Of a stretch of 64,000 bases of DNA, positions 10,921 to 18,842 are shown one piece after another. The first letter of the stretch is position 1; each line of letters opens with the position of its first letter. The translations under genes were made by a program, and so were the position numbers. The stretch is from an uncultured cyanobacterium (GTDB lineage: Bacteria > Cyanobacteriota > Cyanobacteriia > Phormidesmidales > Phormidesmidaceae). The notes below the pieces were generated by a model, which searched no databases, was not told the origin of the DNA, and was given only the letters and a program-made list of their open reading frames with translations. The DNA is taken from NCBI GenBank assembly GCA_963793265.1, contig CAWBZI010000007.1:406652-470651 (forward strand). The letters are read 5' to 3'.

Positions 10921-12312
10921 ATGGCCATCGCAAGCATTAATCCAACTACAGGCGAAACCCTCAAAACCTATCAAGCGCTAACGCCCGAGGGGATAGAATC
11001 TGCACTCTCTCAAGCTCAGGTGGCTTTCTTATCTTATTCCACAACAACGTTTAGCCAAAGGCGGCAGTGGATGCATAAAGCCGCTGATATTCTACTGGAG
11101 AAGAAAGAAGACTTTGGCAAGACCATGACGCTAGAGATGGGCAAAACGCTGAAAAGCGCGATCGCTGAAGTTGAAAAGTGCGCCTGGTGCTGCCGCTACT
11201 ACGCAGATAATGCCGAAGGCTTTTTGCAAGATGAGCCAGCTAAAACGGATGCTAGCCAAAGCTACGTACGCTATTTGCCTTTAGGCATCTTGTTGGCCGT
11301 AATGCCGTGGAACTATCCTTTTTGGCAGGTGTTTCGAGCCGCCGCTCCAGCTCTGATGACGGGCAATCCAGTGCTGTTGAAGCACGCCTCTAACGTGCCA
11401 CAATCAGCCTTAGCGATCGCCGCTGTCTTTGAACAAGCAGGTTTCCCATCCGGTATGTTTCAGACGTTGCTGATTGGCCCTGAGCCGGTAGAAGGCATTA
11501 TTGCCGATGATCGGGTAAAGGCAGTAACGCTGACAGGGAGCGGCCCGGCAGGCGCGGCAGTGGCACAGACGGCGGCGCGTCATATTAAAAAAGCGGTGTT
11601 GGAGTTGGGCGGGAGCGATCCATTTATTGTGCTACCAAGTGCGAATTTGGAGCAGGCGATCACAACTGCGGCCAGTGCTCGCTTGCTTAATAACGGTCAG
11701 TCGTGCATTGCCGCTAAGCGATTCATTTTAGTGGGCAATATTGCCGAAACCTTTGAAAAGGGATTGGCCGAAAAGTTTGCTCAGCAAAAGGTCGGCGATC
11801 CTTTGAATTTAGACACTGATATTGGGCCTTTGGCAACGCCTAGCATTTTACAAGCGCTAGATGCACAGGTGAAAGCCTGCATTGAGAAAGGGGCAACGGT
11901 GCTAACAGGTGGAGATATTGCCGCATTGAATCAACAGCTATCGGCTGATCTGCGCTCGGGCAATTTTTATCCGCCAACGGTGCTATCAGCAATTCCGCCA
12001 GGGACACCGGCTGATAAAGAAGAATTTTTTGGCCCAGTGGCGCTAGTGTTTCGCGTGGATGATATTGATGAGGCGATCGCACTGGCAAATAGCACTGAGT
12101 TTGGCCTCGGCGCAAGCGCCTGGACGAACGATGCTGATGAACAACAGCAGCTCATCAACAGATTAGACGCAGGTGCTGTTTTCATCAACGGGCTCGTAAA
12201 ATCCGATCCGCGTTTGCCTTTCGGTGGCGTCAAACTTTCGGGCTACGGAAGAGAGCTGGGGCGCTACGGCCTGATGGAATTTGTGAATGCCAAAACAGTT
12301 TGGATAAGGTAA
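10921..12312 (+). CDS. gabD: NAD(P)-dependent succinate-semialdehyde dehydrogenase
   Basis: MAIASINPTTGE, MPWNYPFWQ, LELGGSDP, NNGQSCIAAKR, EEFFGP. Confidence 0.9.
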   Translation: MAIASINPTTGETLKTYQALTPEGIESALSQAQVAFLSYSTTTFSQRRQWMHKAADILLEKKEDFGKTMTLEMGKTLKSAIAEVEKCAWCCRYYADNAEGFLQDEPAKTDASQSYVRYLPLGILLAVMPWNYPFWQVFRAAAPALMTGNPVLLKHASNVPQSALAIAAVFEQAGFPSGMFQTLLIGPEPVEGIIADDRVKAVTLTGSGPAGAAVAQTAARHIKKAVLELGGSDPFIVLPSANLEQAITTAASARLLNNGQSCIAAKRFILVGNIAETFEKGLAEKFAQQKVGDPLNLDTDIGPLATPSILQALDAQVKACIEKGATVLTGGDIAALNQQLSADLRSGNFYPPTVLSAIPPGTPADKEEFFGPVALVFRVDDIDEAIALANSTEFGLGASAWTNDADEQQQLINRLDAGAVFINGLVKSDPRLPFGGVKLSGYGRELGRYGLMEFVNAKTVWIR

Positions 12313-12323
12313 AGACTTAAATT

Positions 12324-14000
12324 ATGAACACTGCCGAACTGCTCGTAAGCTGCCTAGAAAACGAAGGCGTTGAGTACATTTTTGGACTTCCTGGAGAAGA
12401 AAATCTTCAGCTACTACAAGCTCTGAAACGCTCTTCTATCCAGTTTGTTACCACGCGCCACGAGCAAGGCGCAGCCTTTATGGCTGACGTATACGGGCGA
12501 CTTACTGGAAAGGCAGGCGTTTGTCTTTCTACTCTTGGGCCAGGCGCAACCAATCTGATGACGGGTGTGGCCGACGCCAATCTAGACCGCGCGCCACTGG
12601 TGGCAATCACCGGACAGGTCGGCACCGATCGGATGCATATAGAATCGCATCAATATCTTGATTTGGTGGCGATGTTTGAACCTGTTACAAAGTGGAACAA
12701 ACAGATCGTGCGGCCTGACAATACGCCGGAGATTGTGCGCAAGGCCTTTCGGCTAGCGCAAAGCGAGCCACCCGGCGCGGTGCATATCGATCTACCTGAA
12801 AACATTGCGGCTATGAATGCGAGCGGTGCGCCCTTGCGAGTTGTCCGTCCGCCGCATCCGGTGGCGTCAGAAGAGAGTTTGCAAAAGGCCACCATCGCCA
12901 TATCACAAGCAAACAAACCTATCATTTTGGTAGGTAACGGTGCTATTCGCAGTCGAGCTAGCGAGTCTATCACTCAGTTTTCTCAGCAGCTAAATATTCC
13001 GGTCACCAATACCTTTATGGGCAAAGGCGTTCTGGACTATCGGGATGAGCGATCGCTCTGGACAGTGGGCCTTCAGCAGCGCGACTACATCGCCTGCGCT
13101 CTAGATGAAAGCGATCTTATCATCGCCATCGGCTACGACCTAATTGAATACAGCCCTAAAAAGTGGAACCCACAGGGTAATCTACCGATCGTTCACATTT
13201 CTGCTACCCTCGCAGAAATCAACAGCAGCTACATTCCTACCGTAGAAATTGTTGGTGACATCTCAGATGCGCTTGATGAAATTAGTAAACGCATTCAGCG
13301 CTCTGAGCAAGTAATTCAGAGCAGTCCAAAAGAGAAAAAGATCGAAGCGCGGTTTTCAAGCCTTCGAGCCGAAATGCAGAAAAATTACGAGCAGTACGCG
13401 AGCGACGTGGGCTTTCCGATTAAGCCGCAGAAGCTACTGTACGATCTGCGTCAGGTACTCGATCCTGAAGACATCGTAATTTCTGATGTCGGTGCGCATA
13501 AAATGTGGATTGCCAGACACTACCACTGCGCTCGCCCCAACACCTGTTTAATTTCTAATGGGTTTGCTTCTATGGGCATTGCCATTCCGGGGGGCGTAGC
13601 GGCTAAGCTCGTGCATCCCAATCGCAAAGTAGTAGCGGTCACGGGCGACGGTGGATTTATGATGAACTCTCAGGAGCTAGAAACAGCTCATCGCATCAAC
13701 GCTGCGTTTGTCACTATTATTTTTAACGATGGGGGCTATGGGTTGATTGAGTGGAAACAGGAGTCTCAATATCAGGAGTCTTCTTATATAAAGTTCAACA
13801 ATCCTGATTTTATTAAGCTAGCAGAGAGCATGAATCTCAAGGGCTATCGCATTAAGTCGGCAGCAGATTTCATTCCCGTCCTAACCGAAGCGCTTGCTCA
13901 AACGGTGCCCAGCGTAATTGATTGTCCTATTGACTATCGGGAGAACCTTCTATTTAGCGAACAGTCAAAGGGATTGCACTGTCCGTTGCCACCAAGTTAA
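12324..14000 (+). CDS. ThDP enzyme of acetolactate-synthase fold, probable 2-oxoglutarate decarboxylase
   Basis: FGLPGEEN, RHEQGAAFMA, GDGGFMMNSQELET...FND; directly downstream of SSADH, as in the cyanobacterial TCA bypass operon. Confidence 0.8.
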   Translation: MNTAELLVSCLENEGVEYIFGLPGEENLQLLQALKRSSIQFVTTRHEQGAAFMADVYGRLTGKAGVCLSTLGPGATNLMTGVADANLDRAPLVAITGQVGTDRMHIESHQYLDLVAMFEPVTKWNKQIVRPDNTPEIVRKAFRLAQSEPPGAVHIDLPENIAAMNASGAPLRVVRPPHPVASEESLQKATIAISQANKPIILVGNGAIRSRASESITQFSQQLNIPVTNTFMGKGVLDYRDERSLWTVGLQQRDYIACALDESDLIIAIGYDLIEYSPKKWNPQGNLPIVHISATLAEINSSYIPTVEIVGDISDALDEISKRIQRSEQVIQSSPKEKKIEARFSSLRAEMQKNYEQYASDVGFPIKPQKLLYDLRQVLDPEDIVISDVGAHKMWIARHYHCARPNTCLISNGFASMGIAIPGGVAAKLVHPNRKVVAVTGDGGFMMNSQELETAHRINAAFVTIIFNDGGYGLIEWKQESQYQESSYIKFNNPDFIKLAESMNLKGYRIKSAADFIPVLTEALAQTVPSVIDCPIDYRENLLFSEQSKGLHCPLPPS

Positions 14001-14102
14001 TTGATGTTTTCAAAATCATGATGAAATTGAGGATTTTGTGAAGAACTAAGATCGCTGAGTGGCTATCTTATGGCTATCGAAAGCAAAATTCAAACTATAT
14101 TT

Positions 14103-14135
14103 CCTCATAAGTTCTTCAAAGTACGGCGCTATAAC
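14103..14135 (+). promoter_or_regulatory. Direct-repeat promoter motif A upstream of Usp
   Basis: CCTCA-N6-CTTCA-N11-TATAAC. Confidence 0.6.
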
Positions 14136-14179
14136 GATAGGTAAGAAAAGAGAAAATTTAGAAGAAACAGGAGATAGAC

Positions 14180-14713
14180 ATGTTTGACAAAATCATCGTT
14201 GCTATCAATACAACTGAAAATTACGCTCTCCTATTCGACAAAGCGCTTTCACTCGCAAAGGCAACTGGCGCAGCGCTGAGATTAGTCAGTGTGATTACGC
14301 CTCACTACGACTATGGAACGTCTTTTCGCTACTATCCAGGCTCAGCTGGCTACGCGGTAACGATGGAGGATGGTTATTGGGATGCTTACCAAAAGCAGTA
14401 TACAGATCTCAAGGAAGAAGGTTTTAGGATACTGTCTGGCTTGAGCAACCAGGCTAGAGCAGAAGGCGTGCAGACTGAATTCTTTCAAAGGAGCGGCGAA
14501 CCGGGAAAGGTCATCTGTGAGCTAGCCGATACCGAAAAAGCCGATTTGGTTATCGTTGGGAGCCATGGGCGCAGAGGATTAGAAGAGTTTCTAGTTGGCA
14601 GCGTCAGCAGCTACGTTATGCATCGTGCTCCCTGCTCGGTGATGGTTGTACGTGGGCTGGCGCAGGTAGATAGTCTCTTTAAAGAGAAAATAGCAGAGAC
14701 TTCTGTGGCGTAG
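14180..14713 (+). CDS. Universal stress protein (Usp)
   Basis: MFDKIIVA, DLVIVGSHGRRG...GSVSSYV...APCSV. Confidence 0.9.
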   Translation: MFDKIIVAINTTENYALLFDKALSLAKATGAALRLVSVITPHYDYGTSFRYYPGSAGYAVTMEDGYWDAYQKQYTDLKEEGFRILSGLSNQARAEGVQTEFFQRSGEPGKVICELADTEKADLVIVGSHGRRGLEEFLVGSVSSYVMHRAPCSVMVVRGLAQVDSLFKEKIAETSVA

Positions 14714-14723
14714 CAAGCGCTGT

Positions 14724-14756
14724 CTTCACGAAAACTTCACCTTGTAGGGTTACAGT
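14724..14756 (+). promoter_or_regulatory. Direct-repeat promoter motif A upstream of the small Cys-rich ORF
   Basis: CTTCA-N6-CTTCA-N11-TACAGT. Confidence 0.65.
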
Positions 14757-14789
14757 TCAGTTGTCAGTAACAGCAAGGAGCTGAGTCCC

Positions 14790-14948
14790 ATGAACGTTTG
14801 TATTTGCTGCCATCATTCTTTGCTACGCCATATCGGTCGAGGTGATGTCTATTGGTATTGTTCTCAGTGCCATCAGGCTATGCCTGCTATTGAGATAGAT
14901 GTTACTGACTACCTTTCCAAAAAACAAAAGCGCTTCCTCAGAGACTAG
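14790..14948 (+). CDS. Small (52 aa) Cys-rich, zinc-ribbon-like protein
   Basis: AAGGAG RBS; MNVCICCHHSLLRHIGRGDVYWYCSQCHQAMP... with two CxxC motifs; not in the ORF track. Confidence 0.7.
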   Translation: MNVCICCHHSLLRHIGRGDVYWYCSQCHQAMPAIEIDVTDYLSKKQKRFLRD

Positions 14949-15054
14949 AACCTGTTCCTTTTTGTTCAAAAGCTCAGGTTCAAAAGCTCGGCGCAGAGAT
15001 TCTTGAATCAACAGTGTTTTTGGCCGAACCATTAGCCTGGTATGCCTGAAGTGA

Positions 15055-15792
15055 CTAGCTTGCGCTCTGATAGCTGGTTTTAGCCTGCCAGGCTTTGGCG
15101 GCTTGAGGGTAGTGAACTTGCATACAGCGATCGCAGATACCGTGCGTCAGCTCAGCTTCAGAATGCTGCTCGATAAATTGTTCAATGGATGACCAAAAGC
15201 CGTCATCGTTACGCACGCCCTTACAGTGGGAGCAAATAGGCACTAGCCCATCCATCAGCTCTATCTTTTCTAAAGCATCGGCAAGCTTAAAGCAAACTCG
15301 CCGATACTCTAGCTGCGAAACGACCTGCCGAGCCAGCGCCTTGAGCTGTTCTTGCTGCCCTTCTGATAGTTCTCTGGGCTGATGGTCAATCACGCAGAGC
15401 GTTCCTAGTGAGTAGCCATCGGAAGTGGTCAGAGGGACGCCTGCGTAGAACCGAATATCTGGGGCGCAGGTGACGAGCGGGTTGTCTGAAAATCGCTTAT
15501 CTTCACTCGCATCGTTGATCACCATAATGTCTGTATCTAGTATGGCATGGGCACAAAAGGAAACATCGCGAGTGGTTTCGCTGGCGCTTAGCCCTACTTT
15601 AGACTTGAACCACTGACGGTCTGAATCGACGAGGCTGACTAACGCAATTGGCGTATCGCAGATAAAGGCGGCTAGGGCTGTAATATCGTCGTACGTTTGC
15701 TCGGGAGGAGTATCTAGTATGTTGTATGCCCTGAGTGCTCTAAGCCTATCAGACTCTTTGGAAGGCGGTTTAGCTTTCATAATCAGGTTCAT
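15055..15792 (-). CDS. GAF-domain protein with C-terminal Cys/His-rich (CxxC...HGICxxC) module
   Basis: RLRALRAYNILDT, ALVSLVD.DRQWFKS, RFYAGVPL, GTLCVID; tail PICSHCK...THGICDRC. Confidence 0.85.
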   Translation of the reverse strand: MNLIMKAKPPSKESDRLRALRAYNILDTPPEQTYDDITALAAFICDTPIALVSLVDSDRQWFKSKVGLSASETTRDVSFCAHAILDTDIMVINDASEDKRFSDNPLVTCAPDIRFYAGVPLTTSDGYSLGTLCVIDHQPRELSEGQQEQLKALARQVVSQLEYRRVCFKLADALEKIELMDGLVPICSHCKGVRNDDGFWSSIEQFIEQHSEAELTHGICDRCMQVHYPQAAKAWQAKTSYQSAS

Positions 15793-15838
15793 GACGATTC
15801 AGTACCTAGTCCTTCTATTTTATCTGCACCGACTAATC

Positions 15839-15876
15839 GCGAATGTTAATACAATATGCGAATGTTAATACAATAT
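15839..15876. repeat. Perfect 19-bp tandem duplication
   Basis: gcgaatgttaatacaatat x2. Confidence 0.9.
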
Positions 15877-16079
15877 TTAGCATGGCGTTTAGTGCGATGC
15901 ATTCTAGCTCGGATCTACACTAAAGCTCATGCCATTTCAATAGGTAGGACGGCAACAACTGCTACATGATATAAAAAACACTATGAATAGCGGCAAAGAG
16001 CATTTAAGCTGCTAGTTGTTTTGAAGCTTATGGAAAGACTATGTGATATCTGTGCGGATGCTAGAGCGCGGCAAGATTA

Positions 16080-16242
16080 GGGACATGCGTCTAAATAAAG
16101 TACCGCTGATAGCGCTGTTCATTGCCTCGGGCATAGCAGTGCTAAGCCCCTACAGAAATTGACGGTGACGTAGGGGCATAGCACGCTATGCCCCAGGGCA
16201 ATATTTGTCGGTTTGCCGGTACTTTATTTGAGCGCAGCTCCC
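16080..16242. mobile_element. MITE-like palindromic element, copy 1 (163 bp)
   Basis: Imperfect ~26-bp TIRs GGGACATGCGTCTAAATAAAGTACCG / GGGAGCTGCGCTCAAATAAAGTACCG, flanked by TTA on both sides; near-identical inverted copy at 27427-27588. Confidence 0.85.
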
Positions 16243-16617
16243 TTAGTCTGCCCAGCCTAACAACGTGCAGATTTGGCTTGCGATCGCCTCTGGTTCAAAC
16301 GGTTTTAGAATGACGCCAGCACCAAGTTCTTCTAGCTCTTGTCGCTCAATCTCTCTAGCTTGGGCAGTGAGAAAAATAACAGGTATTTTCTGAGTTGAGG
16401 TTTGGGCCTGAAGCTGGCGAAATAGCGAAATGCCGTCGATACCAGGCATCATCACATCTAGCAAAATCGCCTCTGGCTGATTTGCTTGAGCCGCCGCCAT
16501 GCCTTCTGTGCCAGAGGAGGCCAGCAGCACCTTCCAACCTGCTGTAAACTCTAACGCAGCTTTCAGAATTATTCTAATACCCTGTTCATCATCAACTACT
16601 AAAACTGTTCGGCTCAT
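16243..16617 (-). CDS. Single-domain response regulator (receiver only)
   Basis: VLVVDDE, ILLDVMMP, FLTA, KPF. Confidence 0.9.
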   Translation of the reverse strand: MSRTVLVVDDEQGIRIILKAALEFTAGWKVLLASSGTEGMAAAQANQPEAILLDVMMPGIDGISLFRQLQAQTSTQKIPVIFLTAQAREIERQELEELGAGVILKPFEPEAIASQICTLLGWAD

Positions 16618-16653
16618 ACTATTAACTCCTAATTGCCTCAAGTCATCCTCTCG

Positions 16654-18759
16654 CTAGCCGCTGACTGGCAGCGCAAAGCGGAAACAGCTACCTTCGCCAA
16701 CCGTACTCTCAACCCAAATTTTACCGCCATGCTGCTCAATGATATTACGGCAAATCGCCAGCCCTAACCCAGTCCCTCCTTTTGCCTGGGCGTTGTTATG
16801 GCCGACCTGTGTAAATCTTTCAAACACCTTACTTTGCTGATCTGTAGGAATACCAACACCCTCATCGCACACGCTGAAGCAAACAAGTGATTTACCTTCG
16901 CCTAGATCTATATCTTTGTAATCAGGCGTAGTGGTGACGCGAATAGTAGAACCCGGCGGAGAGAATTTGATGGCGTTGTCTAGCAGATTTGTAAGCACCT
17001 GATTGAGGCGGTCGCTATCGGCCACGATCTGTAGCCCTGGGTCGTCAATCTCAATCGCGACGTTGGCATTAGTCGCTAGTAGCTCAAAAGCTCCTGCTAT
17101 CTGGCGCGTGAGCGCTCGGGTATGCACAAGCTGCCTTCTCAGAGGACTTCTCCCAGATTCTAGGCGCTCCAAAGCTAAGATATCACCAACTAGCCTAACT
17201 AGCCGCTCGGAGCTTTCAGCCGCAACTTGCAATATATGCTGGCCCTGCTCAGATTGACTCGTAACAATGCCATGAGAAAGCAGTTTGATACCACCGTGAA
17301 TTGTTGTTAGCGGCGTCCTCAACTCGTGACTCACCATCGCAACAAAGTCGCCCTTGAGCTTATCTACTGCGAAGCGCTCGGTTACATCTTCTCCGATGCT
17401 CATAGAACCTATGGCGTTACCTTGAGTATCGCGCAGCAGCGTGTTGTTCCATACTAGAATTCGGGCTTCTCCTGATTTTGTTAAGATCGAATGCTGATGC
17501 TGTAGAGGCACTTCAGACTGATGATATAGCTGCTCGAAGTAATCTTCTACTTGCGATCGCTCAGGGCCAGGAATAAAGCTTTTAATCCAATCTGCACCCA
17601 TCGTTTCTTCGGCACTATAGCCGACCAAATCTAGTAGGAAGGGGTTGGCATAGGTTACATGGCCATCATGACCCACGCCCACAACAGCTAGCTGGACATC
17701 TTCTAAAAGCGTCCGCCAGCGCCGCTCTGACTGACTTAGTTCGGCGCTGCGCTGCATGACTCTTTCTTCTAGATCGGCGTTGATTTTATTGAGTTGGACG
17801 TAGGCTTGTTGAAGTTCGCGCTGCTCGCTTTTTAACCGTTCGTTCAGACTAACCTGTTCGTTTTCTAGCGCTTGATTACGAACCTCTAGCAGCGTTTGGT
17901 TATCAGTGCGTAGCTGTTCTACTTCTTGTTGTAATAGATCTATCATCTGTTTTACTTCAGTAGGATTTAACGCCTGTAGCAAGCTACTTTGCGTAACCAG
18001 TCCGGCTAGTTTCCCGCTACGGGTACACACCACAAAGCGTCGAACCCGGTGCTGGTTCATCTGCTGGTGCGTCTGCCATAAAGAATCTTTGGGATGAACG
18101 GGCAGTAGTGGTGTGCTCATGACTGTCTGGGCTGATGTGGTTGCCATATCCAGACCTAGCGTTTGAAACTGCACGATATCGCGTTCGGTCACAATGCCGA
18201 TAGGACGAGCATCTGGCGCTAAAATTACCACGCAGCTGACGCCTTCTTCAGACATTTTTTGAGCGATCTGTCTTACTTTTGTAGAGGTCGGCGCGCACAC
18301 GACGTTGGTTTGCATTACGCTCTCAACCAGTTTTAGCTTGAGCAACGTGGAAGGTGTGAGTGCTTTACGCAGACTGTTCTTTGTAATGATGCCGAAGAGG
18401 GTGCCGTCTGCTTCTACGACGGGGAGATGGCGCAGGCGATGCTGTTGCATCTGTTCAAATACGCTGAAGGCGTCTGTGATATCAGCTTTGTGAATGGTGA
18501 TAACTGGCTGGGTCATTACCTGCGCGATAGATTTGTTCGAGATAGGGTGTCCTGATGCGATTAAACGGACTAAATCTCGCTCTGTAAAAATGCCAGCAGG
18601 CTGTCGATTTTGGGTAATGAGCACATAGCTATCTTCGCAAGCATTCATCTGAGCGATCGCCTCTTCTATCGGCGTTTCAGGCGAAACCATTGACGGTGTA
18701 GAAATAACGGCTCGACTCACTAGCAAAGCGGCGTTTAGAGGTAGAGGCTCTGGCTCCAT
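16654..18759 (-). CDS. Sensor histidine kinase with two CBS pairs, coiled coil and PAS
   Basis: GIFTERD, RHLPVV, GIVTERD (CBS); YANP (PAS); SHELRTP, NLLDNAIKF, GGTGLGL. Confidence 0.9.
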   Translation of the reverse strand: MEPEPLPLNAALLVSRAVISTPSMVSPETPIEEAIAQMNACEDSYVLITQNRQPAGIFTERDLVRLIASGHPISNKSIAQVMTQPVITIHKADITDAFSVFEQMQQHRLRHLPVVEADGTLFGIITKNSLRKALTPSTLLKLKLVESVMQTNVVCAPTSTKVRQIAQKMSEEGVSCVVILAPDARPIGIVTERDIVQFQTLGLDMATTSAQTVMSTPLLPVHPKDSLWQTHQQMNQHRVRRFVVCTRSGKLAGLVTQSSLLQALNPTEVKQMIDLLQQEVEQLRTDNQTLLEVRNQALENEQVSLNERLKSEQRELQQAYVQLNKINADLEERVMQRSAELSQSERRWRTLLEDVQLAVVGVGHDGHVTYANPFLLDLVGYSAEETMGADWIKSFIPGPERSQVEDYFEQLYHQSEVPLQHQHSILTKSGEARILVWNNTLLRDTQGNAIGSMSIGEDVTERFAVDKLKGDFVAMVSHELRTPLTTIHGGIKLLSHGIVTSQSEQGQHILQVAAESSERLVRLVGDILALERLESGRSPLRRQLVHTRALTRQIAGAFELLATNANVAIEIDDPGLQIVADSDRLNQVLTNLLDNAIKFSPPGSTIRVTTTPDYKDIDLGEGKSLVCFSVCDEGVGIPTDQQSKVFERFTQVGHNNAQAKGGTGLGLAICRNIIEQHGGKIWVESTVGEGSCFRFALPVSG

Positions 18760-18795
18760 ATTCAGATATTTAGCTCCTCAACACCGAATCTTTCT

Positions 18796-18828
18796 AGCGT
18801 ATCTTGAAATAATGACATTCTTGTGAAG
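18796..18828 (-). promoter_or_regulatory. Direct-repeat promoter motif A upstream of the CBS kinase
   Basis: Minus strand CTTCA-N6-TGTCA-N11-TACGCT. Confidence 0.55.
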
Positions 18829-18842
18829 GTATCTGCTGACCC

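Noticed and set aside
12324..14000. Biosynthetic acetolactate synthase (ilvB)
   Set aside because: No small subunit or ilv genes nearby; the LPGEEN motif and coupling to SSADH fit 2-OG decarboxylase better
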